Source: the human T2T-CHM13v2.0 reference genome, Homo sapiens. From it: a stretch of DNA of 64,000 nt. Where the stretch lies: the NCBI RefSeq assembly GCF_009914755.1, contig NC_060929.1; one strand, given 5' to 3'. Each line of letters starts with the position of its first letter. Position 1 is the stretch's first letter. Under the pieces are notes generated by a model. That model did not search any database. It saw only the letters and a list, made by a program, of their open reading frames with translations, and was not told the origin of the DNA. A program made the translations under genes and the position numbers. Positions 24,487 through 40,336 of the stretch are shown piece after piece.

Positions 24487-26237
24487 TTAGCGCCCTCTTG
24501 TCATGCTACCTTGTTTTGGCAAGAATGAGTGGAAGATGGTGAATGATTTTCATCTCGTTGAAAGGCCACTTTATTTGATAAACAGCACCAATAATGATTA
24601 CCCTGGAGCTTGGCTTTCAGCGAGGCCCATGTCATAACTTCGTAACTTGCATGCACAGAGCCCATCTACCTGTTTGTAGGTAGCAGTGGTGCTGTTTGGT
24701 GGAGATTGGAAACTGCATTGTTCTCTTCTCCCAGTTTTCTGAGCATCTAGCAGAGGAAATGGCTGCATGTAGGAACTTAATTAAGACTTATGGCTGATGA
24801 TAGTAAGGAAAGCTTCCTGGCAATAAAGGATGCTAATTACTAGAACAGATTGCTCCGTGGGGAAATCCCAGTTGTTTACCTGTGATAGGTAACAACAGCA
24901 TAACGACAGCATGACCTGTGTTAGTCAGGACTTGGACTTTGAGGTTCAAGGGTTGTTCTGTCCAGAGGCAGGGGACATACCAGCTGACCTTGTTCCTTTC
25001 AGCCTGGAGGGCCAATAGGAAGTGTTCTTAAGCTAACTTCATACATGGTTTTTTTTTTTTCTCCCTTATTTTTTTCTTAATTTGCACGTCGAATTTTCAG
25101 TGTCTACAATGTGCTAATGGGCTTTCTTCCCACTAAAAATCGCGTGTAGATGTGAGAATGTTCTTCTCAAGAAAAGCCGGTCTCTGGGGCTTTGCTTCTG
25201 GCTTGAGGTCCTGTGGGGTAGGTGTTATGAAACCTCCCCCGCAGTGGGCGGGGTGCCAGCAAACCTCAGCAGGGTCAGCAGCTCTCCTGCTAATTTTGGC
25301 AGGAGAGGGAGACACTCAGCCACCCTGAGAAGAGAGAAGGTAAATTTTGCGATCCATTTGCAAATCAAGCTAGAATGTATTTTCAGACCTGGGTGTGTAT
25401 TCAGGGCCCGTCTATTTCCTTCTACCATTAAACCTGCGAGGACGAAAGTAACTCAAGTTCATTGTTCTCCACCACGTAATCTTTCTTCCTATCCTGGATT
25501 GTAGCGGGGGCAGCTCAGAGGGCATGTCAAGAAGGAAGGAAGGGGAAGGGCTATACAGGATATGGTGCTGGGGCACACAGTCAGTGCTTTGGGTGATCAA
25601 CATCAACGTGGTGGTCCTGGGTTAGGATTTTGAGGATGGGATGGAAGGAGGAGGACGAGAAGGGGATGGGTGATGCCCGGTGGCTGGTGCTTCACAATTT
25701 AAACGAGGCCTGTCTTAGGAACCCCAGGAACAAGTAGCTTGCAGGGCACAACCCTTGTACAATAAGAACAGAATGCGGGAAGACTGAGGAGAGCAATGAA
25801 TGCTCTTTGGGTCCTCAAAGTAAGAAGGGAATTTGATCAGAGCTTTCCGAGGGCACCTGGCATCTCCCATAGGCCATGACTCTGTGATTCTCTGACTTCC
25901 CTCTGTAGCTGGCTGGCTTCTGTAAAATTATCAAAGAGAAGATAGACCTCAAACTTAAAAAAAAAAAGTGAACTGAGAATGAAATTACACCGCTACAGTT
26001 CACTTATTAAAATTCATCAGCATGAAGACTTTCTCAAGCCATAATGACTTCATGGCCTAAGTGGAAATTTCATATTCCTTTGGAAAATCAAATTGGCATA
26101 GCCAAATGAGCAGAAATTATCTTTGACTGGTAGATGTTATTTCTACATTATTTTTCTTTGCCTGAGAAAATAATCACTCTGACACTTAAGCTTGACAGCT
26201 AAGAATAAGAGCCAGAATCTATCAGTTTCTTCCACGG

Positions 26238-26410
26238 TCCCAGGAACTGTTTGGGTGTTTTACATGCACTAGTTCATTTAATCCTCAGAAGAGCTCTCTG
26301 AAGTGAGATGGTACTAAACCTCCACTTAACAGATGAGGAAACTGAAGATTAGAGAGATTAAGTAACCTGTCAGCGCCAGGACTGGACTGTGGGTCCAGCC
26401 AGCTAACTCC
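26238..26410 (-). mobile_element. MIR
   Basis: tcatttaatcctca...acagatgaggaaactgaagattagagagattaagtaacctg. Confidence 0.8.
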
Positions 26411-26714
26411 AAACTCTCCTGCAAATCAGCACTCTTTCCCACCCTCCACCTCTTGCAGAGGGTCAGCAGATGACCACTTGAACTGCACTTGTCATACTGG
26501 GATGGAATTAAGAGCTTGGTGTTGTGGAATAAAGAGAACTGTCTAGGGCACAAACAACATGAACAGTAGGCTTCTCTCCTACTGAGTGTAAAATGGGCCA
26601 ATAACATACATGATACCTGTAAGAAAATCACTTTTATTTTGAATACTGGTGTTAATAATTTGAAACTAAGCAGGATCTCTAGGTTAATAATTCTCCATCT
26701 CTAGACAATTACAG

Positions 26715-26880
26715 CAACAAAAGCTAACAGTGAATGCTGATTCTGCCAGACACTATTTGAAGTCTTCTACATTTATTAATTTTTTAAACCTAACGACATC
26801 CCCACGAAATAGGTACTGTTAATTTTTCTCATTTTCCAGATGAGGAAACCAGAACACAACTAGGAAGTGGCAGAACTGGA
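26715..26880 (-). mobile_element. MIR
   Basis: tgccagacactatt...cattttccagatgaggaaacc...aagtggcagaactgg. Confidence 0.7.
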
Positions 26881-27774
26881 AAGGGGGGGCGAGGATTTTT
26901 AACCATTTTTCTAAACTGCTTCTCGGCACTAGCTTTTGGCAAACACGAAATATCTGCTTCCGGGATGCAAACAGGAGTCCCCATCCTAGCTAGGGGTGGG
27001 ATAAGGTTAAGTAGATCCAGTCACAGAACCGTATCTTGTGAATGTTTGTGTATCTGAACCAGGTGATGCAGAAGGTCAGTTGCAGCTCTCTTCCCACGAG
27101 GTTTCCTTCTAGAGATGGGGCGGGTAGCAGGTTTTCCCCACTAAGCCATGCCAGGTGGTCATCTACAGAATGCCCAGTTCATTCTGCATCATTGGCATTT
27201 CATCACTGACACTTTTTTCTGAAATGAGAAGGCTTGGATTTTTTGTACTTTTTGTACAGAGTTTTTTTGTAAACCTCTTGGTGTTTCAAGATTCAATTTG
27301 CTCATTTCATATCCAATAAATGTTATAATGGGTTTAAATGTGGTATTAGAATTTACCAAAGGTTGCTTTTAATGTAGGTAAGGGGTGAACTAAAGTGATT
27401 AGATGCCTACTGAAGACAGTCCAAGTTCCTCAGTGTGGTCTCCAGATTCTCGATGATCTGACTCTCCTTACCTCTCCATCTTGGTGTGACCCTGTTTCTC
27501 CTGCTCCCAGCCGAGCAAAACATTTGCACTTCCCAAAATACACCAGGCTGTGAGAATGTGCCCTGACTGTGTGTTTTTGCCCTCACTTGAGAAACATCCC
27601 TTCATCTTCATAACTCAGTTCGACTTTTTTTCACTGCTGTTAAGCCCCTCTTGCCCGCCCTTCTCCAACCCATCAGATTGACCACTCCCTTTTTGGTATT
27701 TGTACTGTATTCTGAACAGACTTCGAACACAGCACAGACTCCAACACTTTAAAGCCCACATAATATCATGATAG

Positions 27775-27950
27775 CATTGGCTTCTATTTGTTGAGAAATT
27801 GATATGTGCCAGGCATGATAATACCAAACATTTTATTTAATAGAATTCTTGCAATTCCCTCTTGAAGCAGGCACTAGTCTCATGGTCAATATACAGATGA
27901 AAAGAACAAAGCTCAAAGAGATGAAGTGACTTCCCCAAGTCCACATGACC
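27775..27950 (-). mobile_element. MIR
   Basis: atgtgccaggca...tacagatgaaaagaacaaagctcaaagagatgaagtgacttccccaag. Confidence 0.7.
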
Positions 27951-28537
27951 AGTGTTTATGTTTATGAAACTTTAAGTTTCCTGAGGGCAAGGGCTAGCTT
28001 ACTTGAGTCAGGGCTCAACTGGGATATACCAACAGTCCAAGCCTGTTTTCCATTCCTGTCATTGGAGCTTGGCAGGGAGTAGGGATAGGGAGTGGTTAGA
28101 TGTACTCAAAACACAAATTGGAAAGAGAGACTAAGACATTATTACTAATGGGAGAGAGGACACAAATGCTAGGCAGACAGGCAGAAGTTGCAACATCTAC
28201 TCTTCTTTGTACCCATAGCACCAGCACTCTAGTAGATATCAACAGTTGCTAAATATAAGTGAATGGATCTCTACTGTTCTTTAGTTATGTTCCATGTTCA
28301 GAGCATGAAGAGATCGTGGGGCTGTTGAAGGTGGAGAAGACCTCAAGGGGGAAGCTGAATTCACATAAGCTTGAGATAGAGGCAGATGTGGGGAAGGAGG
28401 AGGGGACTTGTCCAAAAGGGACCATTGGCAAAGGTGGGCACACTTGAAATACTTGACCTGGTCAACAGGTACAGTTTTCTTGACTTCTGTACGAGGCTTT
28501 CCAAATTCCCCAACTGGGGAAGGGTTTTCCCCTCTGA

Positions 28538-29030
<493 letters not shown>

Positions 29031-29292
29031 CCCACTGAAAGAGGAAAGGCCTTGTCTCCTGATTATTTAGGTAATAGCTCTATGCTTCTTAATATTGCAT
29101 TGAACACAAGCCTCATGCATGACAGGACAGTTTGTGAAGAGTTCTGTGATGAGTTTTAAAACCAGTATTAATCCCAGATATACATTCATGTGTTCAGACT
29201 ATGTTGGTTTTTGTGAAACACAGAAAACATTAGCTGTCACAGTTAAACCTGGTGGTTTGAGATGATTAGCAGGTTCAATTGAGGCCTCTGCA

Positions 29293-29559
29293 TTTTTTTT
29301 TTTTTTGAGACGGAGTTTTTGCTCTTGTTGCCCAGGCTGGAGTTCAGTGGCACGATCTCGGCTCACTGCAACTTCTGCCTACTAGGTTTAAATGATTTAC
29401 CTGCCTCAGTGTCCTGAGTAGCAGGGATTACAGGCGCCTGCCACCACACCTGGCTAATTTTTGTATTGTTTAGTAGAGACGGGGTTTTACCATGTTGGCC
29501 AGGTTGATCTCTAACTCTTGACCTCAGGTGATCCACCCATCTCAGCCTTCCAAAGTGCT
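29293..29559 (-). mobile_element. AluS, 5'-truncated
   Basis: Poly-T plus reverse Alu ending at caaagtgct. Confidence 0.92.
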
Positions 29560-29583
29560 TTTATTTTACTTTTAAAATAGTGA

Positions 29584-29855
<272 letters not shown>

Positions 29856-29959
29856 GCTTTCTTAATAACAGGGAACTATAGGAAAACAACAAAAAATGAC
29901 CCATAATCTCATCTCAAGCAACTTCTGTTGGCACTGAAAAATTGTACAAGATAAGACTA

Positions 29960-30580
29960 TGCTTGGCTAGGAAATTTAAACAGTACAAAAATGTGCAAAT
30001 TGAAAGCTGAAAACTTTCCTTCCCAACCTAGTCCCCTCTCCCCACTGTGTATCACTATTAATGATTTCCTATGATTCTGTGTATAAATATTTTAAGCCTT
30101 CTGCCAGCACATATGCATTTGTATATCTTATCTTAAAATTTGTATGAAAGGGGTGATAGTATGAATGCTATTTTTCATCTTAGGTTTTTTACTTGTATGT
30201 CAAGTTAAAGAATTTTCCATATGAGAACTCATAGATCCAATGCAGTTTTAAATGACAGTTACATATTTTTCTACTGTATGGCTGTATAGGAATTTCTTTA
30301 ACCAATCTCCTATTGATGGTCACTTGTAAAATTTTTTTTGCAATTTTTGCTATTATGCAATATGCTATCACAAGCCTCTTGCACATCTTGAAGAATTTTT
30401 GTGAGTCCTTCCAACAGGGAACATTGCTACTTGTGGGATTTCTGGGTCCAAAAGTATGTTGGTGCTTTTTAAAGTGCATTAGAAATTGCCAAAAACTTCC
30501 AGAAAGTTCTGCTAATCTATATTCTTGCTAACAGTGTATATAAGAGTGCTAGTTTCCTCTCACCTCACCAACACTCAATG
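29960..30580 (-). mobile_element. Old L1ME-like 3' fragment
   Basis: tttaaccaatctcctattgatggtcactt...aacagtgtatataagagtgctagtttcc. Confidence 0.7.
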
Positions 30581-30647
30581 AAAATGAACATGAAACTCAA
30601 TATGGAAGTGATCTCACTGCAGGAGCCTTGCAGATATCAACTCTATA

Positions 30648-31260
30648 TTAATTTATTCATTCAACAAATGTTCATTGAGCACCTACTATGTGCCAGGTGC
30701 TGTTCAAGGTGCTGAGGATTCAGCAGTGAACTAAAGACATTTTATGCAATCATTTGAGCTTACATGCCAGTGGGGGGATGAGGCAACAAACAATGAATAC
30801 AGTATATCTTTCAGAGCTATAAAATAAGGTAGGATAGGGAGCTAGAAAATGCCAGGCAAGGAGGAGTAGGGCTGCTAGTTTAGAGTGGTCAGGGAAGGTC
30901 TCTGAGAGTGAAGTTGAGTAGAGACCCGAGGGAAGTGAGGGAAGCTCTGTAGATGTTTAGGAGAGATCACTCCAGAGGGAATGGCAAACGTGGAGATCCT
31001 GAGTGCATCTGGGAGACTGTGGAGTGTCCCCAGAGAGAGCAAGATGGCTAATGTGGCTGACACCAAGTTTGACAGGCAGTGTGATAGGTGCCAAAGCCCG
31101 AGAGGTAATGGGGCCAGATCATGCGGACCTGCAAGCCTTGCTGAGGTCTTTGGGCTCCACCTGGGTGAGACAGAAAGTCACCTGAGGCTTTTGAGTGACA
31201 TGATCTGCCTTGCCTGTTTAAAAGGGGTCCTTATCGCTGCTATGTGGAAAATAAACTATA
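30648..31260 (-). mobile_element. L2 3' end
   Basis: atttattcattcaacaaatgttcattgagcacctactatgtgccagg terminus and a gtggtcagggaagg motif. Confidence 0.85.
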
Positions 31261-33799
31261 TATGCTTATGGGTATCACTTGACAACCGGTAACATAAGGT
31301 ACAAATTGCTGAACCAGGGTTCAGTGCATCCTAGCCACTAACTAGTAACCTTGTCCTCTGAGCTTCTCTTTCTTCACCTGTATAATAAGGAGGTTGGTCT
31401 AGTTAATGACTGACAAGAGCTCTTTCGGTTTTACATTGTGCTTGCTCTTCCTCCTTTGAGCCCTTTAATGCACTGGGGTATGCCTATATCTATTTGTAAT
31501 CCAACTAGTGACATTTTTCAATGGCAGGAGCAAATATTGACAAGTTTAGATTTGGGGCTCATATTTTTTCAGTTGGGACTCCTGTCCCTTAGTTTGTCCT
31601 CAGTTCTTAGAAAGGGCAGGACAGGACAGTAGGGAGAGGTTGAGCTCCAGCTAGAGTTGTCTGGGCAGTATCTATGGTGGCAATTGGTAGATTTCATTTC
31701 TCTCTAGTGGATGCCATGTCTTACTCAAAACCAGAGTGAGATCTCCCTTAGCATTAGACAGATTGTAGTTCATGGGTGAGTAGACCTCCAGGATTATCTT
31801 GTTTTACCTCTGACTGCTTCAGTTGAGGAGCTAGAATCCAATAGGATAATTCAGGGGGCATATTAGGACAGAGCCAAATTTCCCAGAAGTTTTGCACAAT
31901 ACACTGAGAACCTGGCATCTGTGGACACAACCTTGGTCGGCCACATCCCATTCTTAGCTATTACTCACTACATGGTGTGGTCATTTGTTCTTGGTCTTCT
32001 GACAGAGGGACAGGAGCCAGAGTTGGGGGATGCTGGAGGGCGCCACTGAGGGAGGGTGTGAAGGGGAGGGTAGGTGCCAATGATGGCTGGAATGTATTTT
32101 GGTTAGAGCCAGGGCATGGGTTAAATTTTCCCATAGGCCATCTTGATGTCTCTATTCTAGGGCCAGGTCTACACAGGCAATATGAAATGAGTCCTGAAAC
32201 AATCAACTGTGTAGTTCAGTCTACAATTAGAATCTCATTTGTTTAAATGTAAAGATAATTGAAGCCAAGCTAAGTTTTTGGCTTGAATTGCTTGGAGAGC
32301 CCATTTTATTTGCTAAACAATGGTCCATTTGAGGGTAGGCCTAAAAAGGTCTCTAAGGTATCTGTATGAAGAAAAACTCAAACCTTCCTAAAATTGAAAA
32401 CAATTTTAACTTGAATGGTCACCATTAAGTGACCATTAAGTTGTCAAGGGAAAAATACTCTGACTGTGATTTGACAAATTTGGCTTTTATTGCCATGAAA
32501 CCTGTGATCAACTCTCATTTCAATAAATGGCCTGGGAAGAAGCTGGATTTCCTCTGTGTGAGAGGTCAGAGTGACAAGGTAAATAGGACTGTGGCTTAAA
32601 CTTTGAGCTCCACTACAGCCAAACAGAAATAGGGTGGAAAGTCTCATTACTTATGTACAGGAAAATTCTACTGTAAGCCTGGAAATCTCACCTTATGTAC
32701 GATACTCTCAGGTGAAGTCTCACTTTGCTAATTGGCCACGCTGAGGATTCTTACCCCATTTCTTGGCAGAATTGCAATAGCTTAAAGGTATAATGAGGTC
32801 TTAAATTACTAGGGCCACCTCATCTTATAAAATACTCTGCAAAATGCTTAGCAGGACACAACATCACAAACATCTCTCAATAGAATGACAAATGGTTTTG
32901 GATAGCCAATATACAAATATATTTTAAGCCTATTTATCACTTAAGAGTTTTATAGGCTGTCAAGGATACACAAGTTTATGGTAGGTGTACCCTTTGTAAC
33001 CAGTCTATTTTAAGAAGACAAAAAAATCAAAGTGAATGGTAGCTTCCATTCTGTTTCTGGTAAAGTAGACCAAAGTCTGGAAAAATCAATGGGCCTTCAA
33101 ACCACAACCCAAAGGACAGTAAACCCACATACATGCCCTCTCCAAGCCACACTAGAGGTTGGAACTTTCCCTTGGGATCCTTTTTCCCAGACATTCATTT
33201 TACTTGAGGAGTCAGTACCTCCAGAGAGAACCAAATCAGAGAACCAAATCAATAGAAATGCCAATTAAGAATTACACTGAACTCTCCCCAGTTGAAAAGG
33301 GAATAGCTTTAGTTAATTAAAATGGGGCTGATGTACGCATTCTCTTATTTAGTGAATGAAAATTATGACATAGACATACTTAATATCAGCCGATGATATA
33401 TTTGCTTTTATTGATTAGTTGCTCTGAGCCACCATTATAGGCCAAAGCAAGTGGATACCCAAGGCCCTCCGTTCTCTGGCCACCCCGTTCCAGCCTTACG
33501 TGTCACTGACTCCCTTTGTCCACATGGGCCATCTTCCCAGAAATCTCACAATTCTTCTGGTCTCTTTGGGCCTCTGTGCCTTGGCAGATACACCTAGGCC
33601 AGCCTTTCAGCCTCTCTCCCACTTCTTGATTACTGCTTGCCCAATCTTAGACTTCCTCCAACATCCCTATAAAATTCCCACTCTTTCACTGAGTCCTCCC
33701 TGATTCTCCAACTTGTTGTGCTGGCTCCTCCTCTGAGTGATGTGGGTACAGTTGGGTCTTCTCTACCAAGAACAATTATAAAATAAATAGTAGTAATAA

Positions 33800-34065
33800 T
33801 AGTGACAGTAATAACGACAGTAGATGAAAACAATTAACTTCCCTTAAATGTGCTGAAAGTGCTTTATTTGTTTTGTCTCATTTAATCTTCTCCAAAGCCT
33901 CTTGGTAGGGAGGTACTATTATGCCCATTTTACAGTTGTGGAGACTGAGGCTTAGAGGGCTAAGTTCCTTGTCCAAGGTCATGGAGCTATGTAAATGTAA
34001 AAACTGGGATTTTAATGCAAGTGGTTAGATTCTGATGTGAACAAGCTAAATCCCCAGTCCAGGCT
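33800..34065 (-). mobile_element. MIR
   Basis: tctcatttaatc...gcccattttacagttgtggagactgaggcttagag. Confidence 0.8.
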
Positions 34066-34680
34066 GCCCCTCTCTAGAGCAGAGAATGTGTTCAATTTAT
34101 CTTTGCCTCAGCTGCAGCACTAATTCAGTACTAAGCGTCCAGAGAATGTTTGGATAAACAATTAGCGAAGAACTCAACCAAGATAAAGAAGAATAGTTCT
34201 TCTTAGCTATTGGCTCCAGTGACCCACAAAGCAGGCCTGCTGCTCTCCTGTGTATTAAAGCAGCCTGGAGAAAAGCACATTCACTGAGTCCTGGGCTGGA
34301 ATGATTTTTCTATTATAATGTTCATCCAATGATAACGCAAACCCATGACAAATCTATAAATGTACCCCACCTCCACTTCTAACTCTGCGATTAAAAAAAA
34401 TTAATACAAAACTCTGGGATAAGCATGCTGCTTTCAGGATTAGCCTTAATCTTTTTTCAAACATATCCCCCAAAGAAGATCATTTATTTCTTTTTCTTTT
34501 CATTTTTAAATGGAGAAATGTTAAGAATTTAGGAATGCAGACGCAGATGAAATTACAATGTCTTTCCAAAATGCCAACAAAAATGCTCAGAGTCTGATGA
34601 GATTCCCTGTGGCATGAGTTTGTTTAAAAAATCCTGCCAATTCATTTTCTTGTTTTTGTTGGCAGACAGAGGTATTTTAA

Positions 34681-34821
<141 letters not shown>

Positions 34822-35536
34822 TGAGACCTCTGCACCAGTTGCTCCTTCTGCTCGTGGGGACTCTGAGGAATGCATTTGTTCTGGTGGCCAAAGAGCTGTC
34901 TCCAATGCAGCTTCCAAATAAAAATGAGTTGAAAAACCTCAACTTTTGATTGAGGGTTCAAGGAAGACTTCAGGAAATGGTTCCTTGTTTATTCTAAATG
35001 AGGAAATCCTACCCTTCAAGTGGCCAAGAATCACACCTTAGTCTTGTGGATGAGGGTCATCGGGTAAAATCAGTAAAGTGAAACTTTATTTCCTCCCTTA
35101 AGATTTGAGCTTTTCTGAGGGGGAGTGGGAGGGTGGGTGGTTACAAACTCAATGTGTGTTAACATTTCCAAAGATGATGTAGTTTCAGGATAACATCATG
35201 AAGGGAAAAGAGGGCCCTGGACACAAAGATGAGTCTTCCGTGCTTGGGAGTGTGAACTCTCTGCCTCAGTTTCCTCAGCTGTAACATGGAAATCATCATG
35301 TCTTCCTGGCTGATGTCACATGATTATTGTTAAGGGGAACAGATCAAATGAAACCTAGAAAAGTACTATCTACATTTTAAATTATAAATATACATATACA
35401 ATTATACAAATATGCAGTTCTTCAGCAAAGAATGCCACTTCCTCTGTTTCCTTGATCGCTGGCTCCCAGGGTCATTGCTCCGGTGCCCTTCATGGGACCT
35501 GGCATATGGGACTTGCTGTTTTCCTCTTTGTATGTA

Positions 35537-35629
35537 TCAGGTTGGTGCAAAAGTAATGTGGCTTTTGCCATTATTTTTAATTATTTATTTTTAATGACCA
35601 AAACCTCAATTACTTTTGCACCAACCTAA
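35537..35629. mobile_element. MADE1 (Hsmar1-derived palindromic MITE) in NPR3 intron 5
   Basis: aggttggtgcaaaagtaat ... attacttttgcaccaacct perfect 19-bp inverted ends; TA duplications at 35535-35536 and 35630-35631. Confidence 0.93.
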
Positions 35630-36889
35630 TAGATGCCTGGCTCTTGTGGGAAGTTCTGAAGCAGCAGGAGTCACCCTCGCTATGTTTAATGAATGATTGT
35701 TTTGCCCACTGAGTGGTCTGGGTCTCATCTGTATTTCTGGTTCCCCCTGGGAAAGGTGGGTAGCGACAGTTCATCAGAGTCCATTGTGAGGTTGCAGGGG
35801 TGGAGGTGTATAAAGCCCTTGGCAAGTGCTCAGTACACGCCAGTGATTGTTATATTTTGGTGGCGATCTAGACTTCCTCTAGACCTGACATGGCCTGTGA
35901 GAACCTGCTGTACCTCTGTCAGGAGAAGGGGAGATGTCACCAGCCACTCGAGAGCCATGCGCTTGTTTTCAGACAAAAGAGAAATGACTTCCAAGAACCT
36001 GGGTGGGAAGGCACTTCTAGACTGGGGCTTAGGGAGCTGATCAAACAATCATTTTAACCAGAAACTGAGGGATGACCATGGAATTAAACCATAACAGAAT
36101 AATGATTTTCCAGGGGCCAGAGGAGCCAATTAAGAGAAACAGAATTCTGCCTGGAAATGGGGGTGCACATAGGGTGGGTTCATCAGAGAGGAGAGTGCAA
36201 CTCTTGAAGAAATAGTCTGGCAACCGGAAGTGGTGAAACAGGAGGTTCCTGAAAGACGCTCTTTAATTATATGTTGAACAATTGAGGGCTGTGAGGCTGG
36301 GTACCTGTCATATGCTTAAATCGGGTATACGGTGGACCCTGGCTGTCCTTCACATGTCCCTGAAAGTAACTTGGGCCTTACAATTGGCTGACGGGGTGGG
36401 CTGCTCTGGGACAGATGGGTGGGATAGTGCCTTATCCGATGAACAAAGCAAAAGCCGGGAATTCCGAGATTATTCCTTTTCCACGAGGGGGTAGTGACTG
36501 AAGAATCCTAGGGGCAGCACTGACAGGGCTGGGCCTTCAGTGAGTGCAGAGCCCAGGGGACACCACTCTCACCGCTTCCCACATCCTGCTCTGGCACGAC
36601 CGCTCTTAATGCTCTCTTGAGAGCACCATCAGCGACTTCAAATCTTGACTTGTGAAGTCCCCAGAACACACCATGACCATCAGTGTGGACAACCGAGGAA
36701 CGTGCCCAATGTACCACGCTTTTCTGAAGCACTTGCTGTCCTTGCCCTGGAGACGGTGATTTGATGAAATGCCCAGAGGCAGCCAGTTTAGATCAGGCTG
36801 TACATTTTGGGGAATAGCTGTGGAAGGCTGCGAGCTTTGTGCCTCCTTTGACTTTTTGGTTTGTCTATTTGTTTTTTGCCTCTATATAG

Positions 36890-37066
<177 letters not shown>

Positions 37067-37734
37067 TAACCTCAGTGTAATGTAAGTTTAAAACCCAAGT
37101 GTTTCTAGGGCCTTACATTTTGGAATTTTACATTTCTTTCTCTGATGTGGTAAAACGCATGGGAACAGTTCACAAACTGGCATCTTTCAGGTCTTCCTTC
37201 CCTTCCAGTCTTCTCTTCCACAATGGTAGAATGTTTCTTCCTATTTTTACATCTCTTACTATAATCTCTTGGCTAGGTCATGTTTCCACTTTTAGAGAAA
37301 ATCAAAATATCAATTAGTAAATATCACTCCCTTATTCATCTGTCACAGCAAGTCTCGTTCTGATTTTTCAAGTTTGTGGTTACTTTCCAGCTCCTCAGAA
37401 CCAAAGAGATAACATCCTTTAAACATCTGAACATTTACACATTGGCAAATAAGTGTAAGATGTATTACTTATGAGCAGCTTTGTATATAAGTAGAGAAGC
37501 AATTGGATGTTCTCATAAGTAGCTTACAAATAGGAAAGCTGTTAGAAATAATTGTTTTAGAGAATAAGGTAGTGAGGGAGAACAAAGTGAATATAGGTCC
37601 TTCAGGAGGCCAGTTGATCATTTTAGGCTAATATATGTGTGCTTTTGAAAATATCTTTTAAACTGTTAGGTATTTATGTCTATGCAATAATTATGGGAAG
37701 GAATTAAGGAGGAAGTGTTTTAAGAACACACTGG

Positions 37735-37950
37735 GGAGACTGGGCCTGTATTTGACATCCCACTGTTGTTACTTGCTGGTTTTGTGACCCTAGGAGTCTT
37801 CCTTCAGCTTTTTAAGCCTCAGTTTTCCAATGTGTGAAGAGAAAGAAATGTGCCCACCTAAGCGTTTTGAGGGCTGTTTTGAGGATTACACAAGATAACA
37901 CATTGAAGGGCCGCGTACTAAACTCTAGATACAAGTTAGCTATTTATCAC
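37735..37950 (+). mobile_element. MIR
   Basis: tgtgaccctagg...aagcctcagttttcc...gggctgttttgaggatta. Confidence 0.7.
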
Positions 37951-38193
37951 TTTTATATAACTGGGATACTACTGAACTTGATTGTTTCAAATTGTTATCC
38001 ACATTTTCCAAAGCTATGTAGGACATTTTGACATGAAACGCTGGCTTTGGTGAGAGAACATCTAAAAACAGAACATTGACCCAATGAATTTTTCATCAAA
38101 TCTTCTAGCACTTTGAAGTGTCACCATCCATCTGTGAAAATAAGAAGCCCTGGGTCAGTGCCCTGGTCCATCTGGTTGTCTTCTTTGACTTTA

Positions 38194-38447
38194 TTTATTT
38201 ATTTTGAGATAGTCTTGCTGTCTCACCCAGACTCATGTGCAGTGGTGTGATCCTGGCTCGTTGCAACCTCCACCTTCCAGGTTCAAGTGATTCTCTTGCC
38301 TCAGCCTCCTGAGTAGCTGGGATTACAGGTGCCTGCCACCACACCCAGCTGATTTTTGTATTTTTAGTAGAGATAGGGTTTCACCATGTTGACCAGGCTG
38401 GTCTCAAACTCCTGACCTCAGGTGATCCACCCACCTTGGCCTCCCAA
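38194..38447 (-). mobile_element. AluS, 5'-truncated, in intron 6
   Basis: Ends at cctcccaa; TSD ttctttgacttta at 38181-38193 and 38448-38460. Confidence 0.93.
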
Positions 38448-38770
38448 TTCTTTGACTTTAAACTCAAAAGAGAGTGGCTATATCTGAAATCTTCAGTTCC
38501 AGTTTTCCTCTGATTCTTGAATTTTCTTCTGTTCTCACTGTGTCCACTCTCTTAATAGTGTTTTTGTTTATCTGGCACTTTCTCAAGTGGTTCTTAAGCT
38601 TTGCACTGGGCAAAAACAAACAAACAAAAACATAAAACAAAAAACAAGTGTAGGGTCCCTTAGAAAATATTTCTGAAAAAGGAAAAGTTGCCTCCAATGG
38701 GAAATCGAGGAACTTCTTGCAATGAATGAAACTCGAGGCATTTCTAACTGTATCTCCAAATGAACCCTGA

Positions 38771-38881
<111 letters not shown>

Positions 38882-39128
38882 TGAGGACGGTTTGTAAAGG
38901 TACAATTCACTCTCTTCTGCTGTCTTTGTCATTTGATTTTACATGATTCTCTTTGTGATTTGTCCACATCCCTCTTTCACCCAGGAAGCACGGTGGTTAA
39001 AAAATCTCAGCCATTCTTTTGGCAGGACCCCAGGTTTGGTGTGGTCAGTGGTTTAGCATACTGGGTGCCAGGGTCATGGGTTTTGACTACATCTCACAGT
39101 GGGACAGAGAGCTGCTGCTGCCCTTTGA

Positions 39129-39439
<311 letters not shown>

Positions 39440-40186
39440 CCCTTTGATCACAGATATTCTGACAAGAATTCCTACCACCCACCAAGTGAAGCAGTGGGGA
39501 GGGAATCTGGATAAAGGGGGAAATCAACTTCCCCCTTCTCAGGCTTTCTCCAATTCAGAAATAGATGCCTGGGCTCACCTTAAAGAGGAGGAGGGAGCTT
39601 TGCGTAGCCCATGCTCTCAGGCTGATCTGTGCTCAGTATCTGGAGAGCCCACATGCTCATTTGCCACTGTGGTTAAGCTCCAAGGCTTGCAAAATTGTAA
39701 TAATGTACGTGTGTGCACTGGTACTGATTGTTCTGCCCCGTGAGGGTGGCCCATTCCTTTGTAATCTTTGGTGGTTGAGTTTGTGGTTTATTCATAAGTC
39801 ATTAGAGCAAGGTTTCTTTATTTCTGCATGGGATTGTAACTAGGCATATGTGACCCTTTGTGGGAACAATTGTATTCCTGTTCCTTTGGCCACAGTACAT
39901 GTAATTTGATCTTTATCAAGGGCATATCCTGGGAATCAGGGAGAACTTCTGTAGCCTAATAGACAAGACCTAACCCCCAAGGCACCCAGGGAAGAAGGGG
40001 AAGGCTTGTTCTGTGGTATTTGGGAAAGCATGCCAATTTTCTCTCTTGAATAAGGGCACCATGCCTGGGGGCACACTACTTTAATCTCTGACCAGGGTTT
40101 CATATTCTGTCACTTCTCATTTATCAACTGAAACCCAGATGTCCCTTGAGGGCACTCTTTGTAAGAGAAACCATGGTATTTTGTAG

Positions 40187-40336
<150 letters not shown>

